From a virus, in the IMG/VR virus record IMGVR_UViG_3300029060_000343: a stretch of DNA of 64,000 nt, one strand, 5' to 3'. Position 1 is the first letter of the stretch, and each line of letters opens with the position of its first letter. The notes under the pieces were generated by a model. That model was not told the origin of the DNA and searched no databases. It worked only from the letters and a program-made list of their open reading frames with translations. Shown in pieces: positions 18,446 to 28,237 of this stretch. The position numbers and the translations under genes were made by a program.

Positions 18446-19024
18446 TTAATCAATAAAACTACTAACATGATAAGCTGTAACACCAAGTTTTTCTGCATAT
18501 TTTAGATACGATAACACATCATCAATAAATACTGCATCTTCTATACAATGATGACTATTGACACTTACCCATCCCCAAATGCGTGTTTTAGAACCTTTAA
18601 AGAAATAACCATATTTAGTCCAAACCACATTTTCTTTTAATGGGTTTGACACGCCTGCTTCTTCCATAAAAAATATCGAAAAGCTATTCCAATATTCATC
18701 AGGAACAAACCAATAATAGTCTTTAAAATTTATGCCACTACAGTATGTCTTCAACCATTCAAATTTGTCCATAACTTCAATCGGAGATATGATAGCTCCA
18801 CATATAAATTTGTTCTTTGTTCTTGCTTTTTTAAGTGTCTTAATTACTGCTTTTAGTGGTCTACTATGAAGAAATATATGATTTTCTATCTCTTTCATAG
18901 TTTGTCCGTTAGCAGTTCCATCTTTTGCACTTACATGGTTATTAAAACGATATTCTGCCAAAGTACCATCAATATCAACATAAATATATTTATTTTTCAA
19001 GGCTTTTATCATTTTTTTATTCAT
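18446..19024 (-). CDS. HAD-superfamily hydrolase (possible 5'(3')-deoxyribonucleotidase)
   Basis: HAD motif I YVDIDGTLA (DxDGT) near the N-terminus; size and context as in phage nucleotidases. Confidence 0.5.
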   Translation of the reverse strand: MNKKMIKALKNKYIYVDIDGTLAEYRFNNHVSAKDGTANGQTMKEIENHIFLHSRPLKAVIKTLKKARTKNKFICGAIISPIEVMDKFEWLKTYCSGINFKDYYWFVPDEYWNSFSIFFMEEAGVSNPLKENVVWTKYGYFFKGSKTRIWGWVSVNSHHCIEDAVFIDDVLSYLKYAEKLGVTAYHVSSFID

Positions 19025-19042
19025 ACTATTGATTCCCTTCCA

Positions 19043-19094
19043 AAAACACCCCTCCCTTTTCGTTTTAAGAAAAAGAGAAGGGAGGGGTGTTTTA
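19043..19094. terminator. large bidirectional hairpin terminator
   Basis: AAAACACCCCTCCCTT...AAGGGAGGGGTGTTTT. Confidence 0.6.
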
Positions 19095-19145
19095 CTTAAC
19101 TTAATGACATTGGATATTTCGTCAGGTGATTTCCAATTTGCTTAT

Positions 19146-19514
19146 TTACTTTTCAATCTCAGCTTCTTCTTCCATTTCGTCTAACTCGAACAATGCGCCT
19201 ACCTCCGGAAATAGCTTCGGTACCTCTTCCTCTTTCTTATCATCCATGAGTAGTGCTTCCAACAGATTCAGATTGCTGTAAATATCTTTATCCTCTACGG
19301 TGGCTGTTACCGCATCTTTTCCAAACTTCTCTTCCATTATTTTTTCAAAAGACGCTGCTGCGGTCCGCTCTGCTACCAGTTCATTTGCAGTCATACGAAA
19401 TAACAGATCCAATACTTTTAACTTTCCAGCATCTGTCTTTGCAGACATTGCATCATTATATAAGGATTTAATATGATCTTCATAAGTTGTGTTTTTCAAT
19501 TTCTTTTCCTCCAA
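19146..19514 (-). CDS. hypothetical protein (122 aa)
   Basis: ORF track; large hairpin terminator downstream at 19043-19094. Confidence 0.5.
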   Translation of the reverse strand: MEEKKLKNTTYEDHIKSLYNDAMSAKTDAGKLKVLDLLFRMTANELVAERTAAASFEKIMEEKFGKDAVTATVEDKDIYSNLNLLEALLMDDKKEEEVPKLFPEVGALFELDEMEEEAEIEK

Positions 19515-19522
19515 TGATAATA

Positions 19523-19747
19523 CTATCTTTCTGCCATCTCTATTTCATAGGCACCTTCAATCAATGTCTGTAAGGCGTCTTCCAATACATTTGTAGAATA
19601 TCCTGCAAATTTACCATCTGCAATTGGATCTTTTGTATAGCCAGATTCTCTGAGTTCAGAATTCGAAATCTCACGAAATCTTAATTCTTCCTGTAAATCT
19701 TTTGCATTGAATCCATTTGTTGCCATATAGTCTAAAATCTTTTGCAT
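19523..19747 (-). CDS. hypothetical protein (74 aa)
   Basis: ORF track; 8-nt spacing to the downstream gene. Confidence 0.45.
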   Translation of the reverse strand: MQKILDYMATNGFNAKDLQEELRFREISNSELRESGYTKDPIADGKFAGYSTNVLEDALQTLIEGAYEIEMAER

Positions 19748-19809
19748 ATTACACCTCAGATTTCTTTAAAAATGGCAGGGATATTTCACCCTGCCACTGT
19801 GTTTTTGGA

Positions 19810-20637
19810 TTAGTTGAACATTTCCTCGTCATCCATTTCGGGACCAGGGGTTTCAAATCCACTTGCCTGAGTTGGTGCTGCAGGTGCGGGCTGTTCGGGA
19901 GCGGGCTGTGCCGGTGCGGGAGCTGCAGGAGTCTTGCTCTGTGCAGGAGTCTCCTTCTTCTTCTCCTGATCGATATAGTCTACATCAATTGCGCTGTATC
20001 CCATATGAGAAATCAGGCTGTTGGTGTACTCCTTACCATCCTTACCTACGCTGGTCCAGGTTCTTTCCTGTCCGGGTCTGGTTACAACAGATATTCTGAT
20101 ACGGTTGCTCTCCTTGTCGAAACGACCGAACATCTTCTTCGCTCTCTCGATAGGAGTGGTCTTACCTTCCTCAGTCTTACCATTGTAAACCTTGATTACA
20201 TGGTTATGATAAGTGCCATCCATATCCTTGGTGCTCAGATAGATATCGAAGTGAGGCTGTCTCTCAGTCACACCGTCTGCCTTCACCTTATGGGTACCAT
20301 CCTGATTCAGTTCCTCGTTCATATGAACGTTCTTAACAAAACCAGTCAGTACGGTGATACCCTCATCCTCATAGCCTTTACTGCCACTCAGAACTGCGTC
20401 TGCATTCAGTACTCCGCCTCTGCCGGTATAACCAATTGCGGTTACCTTGTAGCCAACCTTTACATCAGTTACAGCTACTCCGGTATGTACCTTAAACTCT
20501 ACATCCTCATTTGCGTTGGTAGCCTTATTAAACTGATTTGCCTTGATTACGAGATCCATACCGCCTTCTTTAATCTCGGTAACCTCGCCCATAACTACTC
20601 TTACCTGTGTCTTACTACTTGTGTAAACTCTACTCAT
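19810..20637 (-). CDS. SSB-like protein (Pro/Ala-rich linker plus acidic C-terminal tip)
   Basis: C-terminus PAAPAPAQPAPEQPAPAAPTQ...PEMDDEEMFN mirrors the SSB linker and acidic-tip architecture; AAAGGAGTAAAAAA-ATG RBS. Product call is by architecture only. Confidence 0.4.
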   Translation of the reverse strand: MSRVYTSSKTQVRVVMGEVTEIKEGGMDLVIKANQFNKATNANEDVEFKVHTGVAVTDVKVGYKVTAIGYTGRGGVLNADAVLSGSKGYEDEGITVLTGFVKNVHMNEELNQDGTHKVKADGVTERQPHFDIYLSTKDMDGTYHNHVIKVYNGKTEEGKTTPIERAKKMFGRFDKESNRIRISVVTRPGQERTWTSVGKDGKEYTNSLISHMGYSAIDVDYIDQEKKKETPAQSKTPAAPAPAQPAPEQPAPAAPTQASGFETPGPEMDDEEMFN

Positions 20638-20739
20638 TTTTTTACTCCTTTTTGCGGATTCCTTCCGCTGGTTAAAATGTTGTCTGTTAGACGTACTTTT
20701 GTTTCCGTCTTTTACTTATGTAAAAAAAAACCGCAAAAG

Positions 20740-20835
20740 TGGTAAAAAAAGAGAGGATTTTTAAAAATTTTTTGAAAAATTTTGAAAAACTTTAAAAAAC
20801 TGAAAAAACTATTTTTTGAAAATTTTGTAAGATTT
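20740..20835. repeat. phased A/T-tract array (A5-6/T4-6 every ~10-11 bp) in a divergent promoter region
   Basis: AAAAATTTTTTGAAAAATTTTGAAAAACTTTAAAAAACTGAAAAAACTATTTTTTGAAAATTTTG. Confidence 0.5.
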
Positions 20836-20886
20836 TGTCGATTATGGTCACATATATAATAGAGAGGTAAATTAGGAGGAAATTTT

Positions 20887-21255
20887 ATGAAAGAATTATC
20901 TATTTGGCAGGAAGTTATGATGGAAAAATATCCTGAAAAAACCATGACATTGAATAATTTTTTCGAAGAACTGGGTTATAATGATTTACCTATATTTATG
21001 ATGCGCAATTTATATGGAGTTAGTGTCTTCCCGATTGCCAAAACTGCGATTGTATTAGAAAATGGAGAAAATGAGCTGTATGAGGAATTAAAAGATGTAT
21101 TTCCTTTTGATAAGCAGCTATTTTCCATTTGGAATGGGTATTTTACATTATTATTAAAAGATAAAGATGATAAGAAAAAAGCATCCTATGAAATCCAGAT
21201 ATTTGATGACTATATTTTAGTCCGACAAAATACTTATATTACAAAAGAACTGTAA
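20887..21255 (+). CDS. hypothetical protein (122 aa)
   Basis: AGGAGGAAATTTT-ATG RBS; divergent from 19810..20637 across an A-tract-rich promoter region. Confidence 0.5.
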   Translation: MKELSIWQEVMMEKYPEKTMTLNNFFEELGYNDLPIFMMRNLYGVSVFPIAKTAIVLENGENELYEELKDVFPFDKQLFSIWNGYFTLLLKDKDDKKKASYEIQIFDDYILVRQNTYITKEL

Positions 21256-21345
21256 AAAACGCCCCTAACAGCACAAAGATCTTTCCATCCTTTCTGTCTG
21301 CCAGGGGTGGTCTTTATTTTTCATAATCTGGAATGAAACTATTAT

Positions 21346-21666
21346 TTAATATACTATTCCAGTTCGTAAATCTTCTTCCATACGATATTTATCAATAAGT
21401 GGGGATTCATGTCTTGTGATATTATTATATACTTCTTCTACGATTGTATGGATTGCTGCGCCCGATTTCAGGTAAAACTCTTCACCATACTCTTTTATCA
21501 TTTGTTCCTTTATCATATCTGTTGTAGTATATAAATCGTATCCTTCTGTTGCCAGGGAAGTGCTTTTTTCTTTAATTTTTTCAGCAAGCGCTAAGTCTCC
21601 ACAAATTTGTTCTTTGTTTAGTGTTGTTGTTAAACTATTATAAGTAACATATTCAGGTGGGAACAT
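21346..21666 (-). CDS. hypothetical protein (start revised to MFPPEY...)
   Basis: AGGAAGAAAGATAAT-ATG RBS; its leader is a near-duplicate of the next gene's leader. Confidence 0.45.
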   Translation of the reverse strand: MFPPEYVTYNSLTTTLNKEQICGDLALAEKIKEKSTSLATEGYDLYTTTDMIKEQMIKEYGEEFYLKSGAAIHTIVEEVYNNITRHESPLIDKYRMEEDLRTGIVY

Positions 21667-21865
21667 ATTATCTTTCTTCCTTTCTCTCATCAAAATCCAC
21701 TTTTTCTATTTCCAGTTTTTCTGCATGGGTAGATTTTGCAAATTCCTCGTTATAGGCTTTCTTTTTCCATGCTGGCCAATTATTTATCTCTGCAGATGTT
21801 TTTTGATACAACTCATCAGGTAACGACATATTATCTTTCTTCCTCTCTTTCATCAAAATCCATCA
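21655..21865. repeat. duplicated ~40-nt leader/RBS segment in front of two adjacent small genes
   Basis: CATATTATCTTTCTTCCT(T/C)TCT(C/T)TCATCAAAATCCA at 21660-21700 and 21825-21865. Confidence 0.5.
21668..21829 (-). CDS. hypothetical small protein (start revised to MSLPDEL...)
   Basis: Same RBS/leader as 21346..21666 (paralogous 5' region). Confidence 0.4.
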   Translation of the reverse strand: MSLPDELYQKTSAEINNWPAWKKKAYNEEFAKSTHAEKLEIEKVDFDERKEER

Positions 21866-22538
21866 TTTCCTCTTCACCAAATTCTTTTTTTAAGATATTC
21901 CCAAGCATCGCATTGTATCTGATACGTTGTCCATCGTCATTTATTGCATTTATTGACATATTATAAAAATTGGGATTATCATGATTATATAACCAATCAT
22001 CTAACTGCAAATCTTCGTAAATCATATCATAAATACATGATTTTTTGAAGTACTCTGGATCTGCTTTTATTTCTTCCATACTATACTCTGCCATAAATTT
22101 ATTAACATACTCATATAAGTTGCTATCATCCGCATTTTTTACTCTGTTGATTCTGGTTGCAAACAAATCAATTCCTGCTGGCCACGTTTCATAGTCATAA
22201 TCCTGGTCAGAACTATTTTGAAAAGTGAAATGTCCATCAAACCAATTTTCAATCTCTCCTGGAAATTTATATCCGGAAACGCCTAACAAATCGTAGTTTG
22301 GCCAATAGACAAATCTCGATGTAAATAACGTATTTAACCAATATTCATCCATAAAAGCTTTTATAAATTTCGGTTCATTGGTGAGCGAACGTACAGATCG
22401 TACAGATGGAGCATAATCTTTGTTATAATCTATCCACTCGTTCGCGTGATTTCTCATTTCTGATTGTACTTTATCGATAAATGAAAGCAGGTCTTCCTGT
22501 TTTATCTGTTTGAAAAACATTCCAAATGCATAACTCAT
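21831..22538 (-). CDS. hypothetical protein (start revised to MSYAFGMFF...)
   Basis: GGAAAGGGATTAATTAT-ATG RBS. Confidence 0.5.
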   Translation of the reverse strand: MSYAFGMFFKQIKQEDLLSFIDKVQSEMRNHANEWIDYNKDYAPSVRSVRSLTNEPKFIKAFMDEYWLNTLFTSRFVYWPNYDLLGVSGYKFPGEIENWFDGHFTFQNSSDQDYDYETWPAGIDLFATRINRVKNADDSNLYEYVNKFMAEYSMEEIKADPEYFKKSCIYDMIYEDLQLDDWLYNHDNPNFYNMSINAINDDGQRIRYNAMLGNILKKEFGEEEMMDFDEREEER

Positions 22539-22542
22539 ATAA

Positions 22543-22779
22543 TTAATCCCTTTCCACATCTTCTTTTGCTTTATGATAGTTCTCGCTAAACTTTGCCGCA
22601 TATTCCTGTAAAGTATCATTATTATATGCATTCAAAAACTCATCCGTAGATACTGCTCTGCCGTTGAAATAATCCTCTATGGATTTTTCCCAATCACGTA
22701 TTACATCAATATCATAGTCACAAGCTTCAAATAACATATTTAGGTGTTCATCTTTTAAACTACAATAGAGATGATTCAA
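22543..22779 (-). CDS. hypothetical protein (78 aa)
   Basis: ORF track; 4-nt overlap with the next gene. Confidence 0.45.
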   Translation of the reverse strand: MNHLYCSLKDEHLNMLFEACDYDIDVIRDWEKSIEDYFNGRAVSTDEFLNAYNNDTLQEYAAKFSENYHKAKEDVERD

Positions 22780-23369
22780 TCCATATTTTTGTATCTATAG
22801 TCCACTTTATTTCCGTATTTCTTAAGATTTTCGATTCCTTCAGACATCTCCTGCTCGCTAGGAAGCTCACGTTCCCACCAGGAAACTCTCTTGATACGGT
22901 ACATGGCTCTTCTATCATCTAACTTCTTTTTATCTTCTTTGAATAGAGGATCTTTAATTCCGCACTGATAATTATCCGGATCCAAAATACCATCCTGTAT
23001 ATCATGGGAAGATGCTCCTCCAAACGTAAAGAATGTTTTTCCACAAAGAGTAAATACCTGGCCTCGTATTAAATGAATAACATTAGGTCTTACAAAGTGA
23101 ACACTTCCGCCATTCCATTCAGATACTGGCATAGCATCCAATCTATCATGATTTTCATGATTACCATCCACGAATAATGTAGTGAACGGCTTATTCTGAA
23201 GCCAGTTAAGCCAATATTCTTCTGTTTTTGATTCTATTTGATCCCATACGAGTCCAAAATCTCCACAGACAATAACGTAATCCTCTTTTGTCATTTTTGA
23301 TTGTTCTGGAAACGCTTCTTTGGATAATCTTGTGGGATCTCCATGAATATCTCCTGTAATATAGATCAT
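22776..23369 (-). CDS. metallophosphoesterase (calcineurin-like)
   Basis: GDIHG, GDFG and GNHE motifs in canonical order. Confidence 0.65.
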   Translation of the reverse strand: MIYITGDIHGDPTRLSKEAFPEQSKMTKEDYVIVCGDFGLVWDQIESKTEEYWLNWLQNKPFTTLFVDGNHENHDRLDAMPVSEWNGGSVHFVRPNVIHLIRGQVFTLCGKTFFTFGGASSHDIQDGILDPDNYQCGIKDPLFKEDKKKLDDRRAMYRIKRVSWWERELPSEQEMSEGIENLKKYGNKVDYRYKNMD

Positions 23370-23725
23370 TTTCGTTCCTCCATCATTTTTTGCATTTCCA
23401 GAATATCACTATTTGTTCCATATCGAATATTCCATGGCAGATATCCGGCAAATGCTTCTTTATCCAACATATCCATCGTGATTTCTTTAATGGTTATTCC
23501 GCTGACTGACTGGAATATACAGGCAGATGAATAAGGAAGATAATTCTTTGATCGCAAAAAATAAATATTGTAAAAAGGTAATTCTCTGCCATTTAACATT
23601 CTATTATTTCCGCGTTCTGCTAGAAAAACTGCGCCTGCTTTTATTGTAATTCTTCCGTCATCACATGAATAAATATCAAAATCACTCGTGAGTTCATAAA
23701 TATGCCCGTTTTCGAGATGTATCAT
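23366..23725 (-). CDS. hypothetical protein (119 aa)
   Basis: ORF track; 4-nt overlap with the metallophosphoesterase gene. Confidence 0.5.
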   Translation of the reverse strand: MIHLENGHIYELTSDFDIYSCDDGRITIKAGAVFLAERGNNRMLNGRELPFYNIYFLRSKNYLPYSSACIFQSVSGITIKEITMDMLDKEAFAGYLPWNIRYGTNSDILEMQKMMEERK

Positions 23726-23790
23726 GTATTACTCCTTTCGTAATATACTGAAGGACGGCAGTTATCTGCCGCCCAATGTATTAATATAAC

Positions 23791-24039
23791 TTAGTTCCAA
23801 ATCCAACTATGAGAATCTACAATATCTTCAAAGGATTTACTTTCAGCTCTATTTCCTTCGGCATTGTCATTAAATACTGGCTCAACTGTAACATAAAAAG
23901 TAACACCATTATGACGCACCAGCATTTTCCCTTGTTTTGGATTTGACATTGCAGCTTCGAACCCTTTTACATTATTCAATATTTCTGTCATTTTATTTGT
24001 TATTGCAACATTTCGTCTATCCATATCATTTCTCCTCAC
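23791..24039 (-). CDS. hypothetical protein (82 aa)
   Basis: ORF track. Confidence 0.45.
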   Translation of the reverse strand: MRRNDMDRRNVAITNKMTEILNNVKGFEAAMSNPKQGKMLVRHNGVTFYVTVEPVFNDNAEGNRAESKSFEDIVDSHSWIWN

Positions 24040-24058
24040 TTCACGTTAGAATGTCCAT

Positions 24059-24178
24059 TTACTTATACATCTCAGTCCACTCTTTTTCTGCAATTTTGCA
24101 GCCTTCAGTCAATGAATATCCTTCGTAATCGGCAAGATATTCAGCTCTACCCATAATATAAATATCCTTTTTACTCAT
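24059..24178 (-). CDS. small protein (39 aa, MSKKDIYIMGRAEYLADYEGYSLTEGCKIAEKEWTEMYK)
   Basis: Not in the ORF track. Strong GAAGGAGGACTAACG-ATG RBS; fills a 140-bp gap. Confidence 0.4.
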   Translation of the reverse strand: MSKKDIYIMGRAEYLADYEGYSLTEGCKIAEKEWTEMYK

Positions 24179-24180
24179 CG

Positions 24181-24780
24181 TTAGTCCTCCTTCACTTCCC
24201 AGTCAACGATCCATTTTGCAGACATATAAGTCCGATCCGCTGCATTGAACCAAAATGGTCTTTTGAACTGATATGCTGGAGCATGTTTTAATAACTCTAC
24301 CTCAACTCCGTCTTCTCTCGTCCAAATGATTTTTGTTCCAATCGGTAACTTGGAAAGATTATGTGTTTTCTTTTTCTCATTTTCTTCCCAGCAAAGTTTT
24401 CTCCAATTCAGAGCATGCTCGGAATCCGTCTCGCTAAGAAGCTTTAAAATAGACTCTGGACAATCATAGTAGCCAGGCCCCATGTCTTCAGAAATATCCT
24501 TGTAATAAAACATTCCATCCTTGACGGATGTAAGAAAAACATATCCCCGTACTTTTCCGTCATCTATCGGGACATAGATACTGTGTTCTTTTTCATCTTT
24601 ACCTGCATATCGTACCATATCCTTTACGGCTGCATAATACACGCTGCCTTTCATTGCAGATTTTAATACCTGGAAGTTGCCTTTATTGGGACCTTCCATA
24701 AAATAAGCATCACATTCTGCTTTACGGTCTACTATTCCACCTTTTTTTAAGTGAGTTGGCTGATATCCTGTCCATCCCAT
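24181..24780 (-). CDS. hypothetical protein (199 aa)
   Basis: ORF track. Confidence 0.5.
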   Translation of the reverse strand: MGWTGYQPTHLKKGGIVDRKAECDAYFMEGPNKGNFQVLKSAMKGSVYYAAVKDMVRYAGKDEKEHSIYVPIDDGKVRGYVFLTSVKDGMFYYKDISEDMGPGYYDCPESILKLLSETDSEHALNWRKLCWEENEKKKTHNLSKLPIGTKIIWTREDGVEVELLKHAPAYQFKRPFWFNAADRTYMSAKWIVDWEVKED

Positions 24781-24790
24781 AATTATCCTC

Positions 24791-25090
24791 CTATTTTTTG
24801 ATAAACTGCTCTATCCAATCGCTGCTTGTTTTACAGAATTTGTAACTCAGGTGAATCACATTCAATTCTGTAGCAATCTGGTACAGCCACATCTTTGCTT
24901 TTTCGCTGCCATCTTCCGCGAGTAATGACATCAATTTCCTAATCAGAAACGTTGGTCCGCCGCAGTTTTTACTTGCCAGAAAGTCCGAATAATAATCCTT
25001 GGCGTTCTGTGTTACTTCGCCTGTTGTATATCCGCCTTTCCAGGCTGCGTTGCCGTATTCGGCTATGTTATAGAAATCTTCATATTTCAT
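24791..25090 (-). CDS. hypothetical protein (99 aa)
   Basis: ORF track; motif at 25123-25140 upstream. Confidence 0.5.
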   Translation of the reverse strand: MKYEDFYNIAEYGNAAWKGGYTTGEVTQNAKDYYSDFLASKNCGGPTFLIRKLMSLLAEDGSEKAKMWLYQIATELNVIHLSYKFCKTSSDWIEQFIKK

Positions 25091-25122
25091 AATTTTTCTC
25101 CTTTTTTCTTATATTTTGTAGT

Positions 25123-25140
25123 ATTAATATGACAGATAAA
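25123..25140 (-). promoter_or_regulatory. conserved intergenic motif copy (ATTAATATGACAGATAAA)
   Basis: Upstream of 24791..25090; preceded by terminator 25157-25178. Confidence 0.5.
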
Positions 25141-25175
25141 AGGGCGCAAAAGAAAAAGAAGCCCGTGGGCTTCTT

Positions 25176-25361
25176 TTAAACCTGTGTTAATCCGCCGTCA
25201 GCGGTAATATGGATTCCATACTGATCAAGCTCTTCTTTTGTGCAATCTAATTCATTCTGGATCATTTTAAACCATTCTTCTTCGTCATCATACTGTTCAA
25301 ATGTTTCATCTATCAAAAGGCTAATCGCATTGTACAATATTGTTTTTAATCTCTCTTCCAT
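25176..25361 (-). CDS. hypothetical small protein (61 aa)
   Basis: ORF track; terminator at 25157-25178. Confidence 0.4.
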   Translation of the reverse strand: MEERLKTILYNAISLLIDETFEQYDDEEEWFKMIQNELDCTKEELDQYGIHITADGGLTQV

Positions 25362-25380
25362 TTATTTCTCCTTATTCTTC

Positions 25381-26379
25381 TTAAAATTCGATTTCACCAA
25401 TATTCATAAGCTTCTTAAAGATATGCTGTAACACAGGAACACAAATAGAATTCCCGGCCAGATGAAAAATCTGAGAGTCTGTTAAACCAACTCTCTTCAT
25501 CGCTGCGTAATCCTTATCCTTAAACCCCATTAATCTCCAACATTCCTTTGCGGACAACATCCGCAGGACACCGTTTGTGTACACTGCCTGACGGGGACTC
25601 GTTGTTAATGTCTTTGCGACGCCTTTTCCAACTCTTCCTCTTCTGGTTTTGGAATTAGGAAATGCAACATTAACGCAGTCTCCGTCTTCTACCAGTTTAT
25701 AGCCGATCTTTGTGGCTTCCCTGACATACAAATTACCGTTGTTCGTGAAAAACAGCTGTTTCTCCGCATCAGATAACGCATAATCCGCAGGATTGATTGT
25801 TTTGTCAAGATAATCGACTAAATGGTACTTCAGAGGAATTTCTTCCGGAAATTCGAATTCTTTCCCTGATAACAGGCTCACCACATACAGTCTTTCTCTT
25901 GCCTGCGGAATACCGTATTTACTCGCATCGAGAATGGCGTAGGTGCTGCGATATCCTAAACGGTCCATGGTTTCGATATAGTGATCGAGATGATGCTTAT
26001 GAGATACCTTTTTCCCCTGGGAGGCAAGATTGGGGACATTCTCCCAAATTACCACAGGCGGCCTTTTGTGTAACCCGCTTTCAATAATTTCAAGAGTACG
26101 GTTATATAGGATAGATCTACCTGTATTGATATCGTTTTTCCCCTCTTTCGTGAAATCCTGGCAGGGTGACCCATGGATGAGAATATCCACATCCATGTTC
26201 CAGTTAATAATATTCTGCGGTTTATAATTAATGTCGAAAATATTGTTGTAGGCCATCACTGCGTAAGGCAGGATCTCTACATAATCAATAGATTTGACAT
26301 TTAAACCGCAAAGTTCCAATGCTCTTCTGGGGGCACCAACACCTCCAAAAAGCTCTAAAATATTTGTCGTTTCTTTCAT
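25381..26379 (-). CDS. dcm: DNA (cytosine-5)-methyltransferase
   Basis: Motif I (LFGGVGA), motif IV ([11 protein letters not shown] catalytic Cys) and motif VI (ENVPNL); start at the ATG after the GAAGGAGAAAAAAT RBS. Confidence 0.85.
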   Translation of the reverse strand: MKETTNILELFGGVGAPRRALELCGLNVKSIDYVEILPYAVMAYNNIFDINYKPQNIINWNMDVDILIHGSPCQDFTKEGKNDINTGRSILYNRTLEIIESGLHKRPPVVIWENVPNLASQGKKVSHKHHLDHYIETMDRLGYRSTYAILDASKYGIPQARERLYVVSLLSGKEFEFPEEIPLKYHLVDYLDKTINPADYALSDAEKQLFFTNNGNLYVREATKIGYKLVEDGDCVNVAFPNSKTRRGRVGKGVAKTLTTSPRQAVYTNGVLRMLSAKECWRLMGFKDKDYAAMKRVGLTDSQIFHLAGNSICVPVLQHIFKKLMNIGEIEF

Positions 26380-26408
26380 ATTTTTTCTCCTTCTATCTAC
26401 TTTGATGA

Positions 26409-26426
26409 CATTAATATGACAGATAA
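26409..26426 (-). promoter_or_regulatory. conserved intergenic motif copy (ATTAATATGACAGATAAA)
   Basis: Upstream of dcm; preceded by terminator 26444-26465. Confidence 0.5.
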
Positions 26427-26468
26427 AAGGAAACAAAAGAAAAGAAGCCCGAAGGCTTCTCTTTCAAA

Positions 26469-26792
26469 TTACCAGCAAATGACCCAATACGGATCCTGTC
26501 TTACTCCGCCGCAGATGTCATCCGTAACATAACGGAAGGAAAAACCATTGCCGGTAAAATATTCTCTTAATTCTTTTTCTACGTTGAATTCGCAATATTT
26601 TTCGCTATCGCCGTATTTTTTCTGAAATTCTTTAAAAGGGCCGGGGTGATGGTTAAATGAAACATAACATTCGCGAAAACCCCTTTTTGCATATTCCATC
26701 ATCTTTTCCTCAATGGTTTTAATGCCATAATCAACGGCGTTTTTTCTCAGGGAGCAACCATCTGAGATTTTTCTCATTTCTTCTGCTGTCAT
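26469..26792 (-). CDS. hypothetical protein (107 aa)
   Basis: ORF track. Confidence 0.5.
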   Translation of the reverse strand: MTAEEMRKISDGCSLRKNAVDYGIKTIEEKMMEYAKRGFRECYVSFNHHPGPFKEFQKKYGDSEKYCEFNVEKELREYFTGNGFSFRYVTDDICGGVRQDPYWVICW

Positions 26793-27313
26793 CAGTTTAC
26801 CTTTTTCCTTTCCGGAAATAATTTTAACATACGCTGCTTAATTTCCTCATAATCAAACATCTCGGCATCAAAACTTAAATTCAGATCCATACCAAATCCC
26901 TGTTTGTACTTATAAAGATGCCCGTAATAGCCATCTGCTCCAGTATGAAATTCATCAGAACCATATTTGGTATGAATTTCGAAGTGAGCGGTGTCGCAGC
27001 CGAGATCGATATTCTTTACAATTGTTCCGTTGTAATATTGTTCGCCCAGATATGTGTCGAGCATAAACGGTTGACCTGCCTGAAATACAGATACGTCGAT
27101 AATATCCCATTCCAGCTCATTTTCAGTGCAATGGATCTTACGGATCCGAAGCTTTCCAAGCGGCGCCCCAGAAATAGAACCATCGAATACAAGTTTCTTT
27201 TCGCAGCCCCTATCCGTTCCGTTAGCAATATTCTCGAGGTACATCGGATCACCAACGGTCAATTTTGTAGTTCCGCGAACATCGATGATCTCTTCTTTTA
27301 AAATCTTTTCCAT
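26792..27313 (-). CDS. hypothetical protein (173 aa)
   Basis: ORF track. Confidence 0.5.
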   Translation of the reverse strand: MEKILKEEIIDVRGTTKLTVGDPMYLENIANGTDRGCEKKLVFDGSISGAPLGKLRIRKIHCTENELEWDIIDVSVFQAGQPFMLDTYLGEQYYNGTIVKNIDLGCDTAHFEIHTKYGSDEFHTGADGYYGHLYKYKQGFGMDLNLSFDAEMFDYEEIKQRMLKLFPERKKVN

Positions 27314-27315
27314 CG

Positions 27316-27552
27316 TTATTCCTCAACTTGGATCCCGTAATTGCAGAATCCGTATTCATCAGATACCCAGTCGGATGCGTCTTCAACCAGTTCATCTTCG
27401 TGGTATCCGTCTTCGTCAGTATAGTTTTCTTTATTGAATTTTTCCGGGAGTTCGACTTCCGTAGGCAGCGAAGCAAGTGTATCTGCAATTTCTTCTTCGG
27501 TCATTTCTTCTGCTCCGTCAGTTACATCCCATTTGATATTTATTGCTCTCAT
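27316..27552 (-). CDS. small acidic protein (start revised to MRAINIKW...)
   Basis: GGGAGAAAATAAT-ATG RBS. Confidence 0.45.
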   Translation of the reverse strand: MRAINIKWDVTDGAEEMTEEEIADTLASLPTEVELPEKFNKENYTDEDGYHEDELVEDASDWVSDEYGFCNYGIQVEE

Positions 27553-27660
27553 ATTATTTTCTCCCGTTCTTTCTTCTGCCGGCATGTTTGCACTGAAAGA
27601 AATAATTTTTTCTTTTTATGTCGTTTGAAAAATCTCTATAACGCATATTAGGCCACATAA

Positions 27661-28140
27661 TTATTTTTCGCTCCTTTTTCTTAATTCTGTAATCAACTGA
27701 TTGATGTGTGCGGTATGAATATCATCAAGACCACAGTCTCTCATATGATAATCTGTCTTCCATTCCCAGAACATCGGGCTGGATAAAACAGAATCCATGA
27801 ATTTCCGGTTTTCGCCGTAGATGCGTCCATCACTCTTTTTGATCCCTGATACGATTACAAAAGTATTAATCGTATTGTCCAGGCCATATTTTTCGACGAC
27901 CTTATCAACGGTTACTATGGGGCCTTCATCTCTCGTTTCGTTAAAGACATTGACGATATCTTTCCAGATGAAAGCGTAATAATCTCTGGCCGCCCATTTT
28001 AACTCATCCGCATTGTATGCTTCCAGAAATGAATGCAAGCAGATATTGGCTTCCGCCTTGACCTTGGATTCAACAACAAGTTGATCGTATGTCAGCCGAT
28101 GTTGGAAAACTTTTTCAAGAATTTCGGTGTTTTTATTCAT
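27661..28140 (-). CDS. hypothetical protein (159 aa)
   Basis: ORF track; motif at 28173-28189. Confidence 0.5.
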   Translation of the reverse strand: MNKNTEILEKVFQHRLTYDQLVVESKVKAEANICLHSFLEAYNADELKWAARDYYAFIWKDIVNVFNETRDEGPIVTVDKVVEKYGLDNTINTFVIVSGIKKSDGRIYGENRKFMDSVLSSPMFWEWKTDYHMRDCGLDDIHTAHINQLITELRKRSEK

Positions 28141-28237
28141 TTTATATTCCTCCTATTTTCTTTGATGTCGATATTAATATGAAGGAAAATAGGCATAAAA
28201 ATATCCCCGGTTTTGATAAAACCGAGGACATCAATTA

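Noticed and set aside
19717-20745. 342-aa plus-strand ORF antisense to the SSB-like gene. Similar cases: 10789..11652, 59348..60253, 60785..61507, 49124..49741, 31907..32831 and 36945..37478
   Set aside because: They are antisense shadows of well-supported minus-strand genes. Their composition is Cys/Leu/Ser-rich and low-complexity, they lack RBSs, and they break the uniform strand organisation.
20712-20945. 77-aa minus-strand ORF in the A-tract region
   Set aside because: It is a low-complexity translation of the phased A/T tracts, with no RBS. The region is better explained as a divergent promoter.
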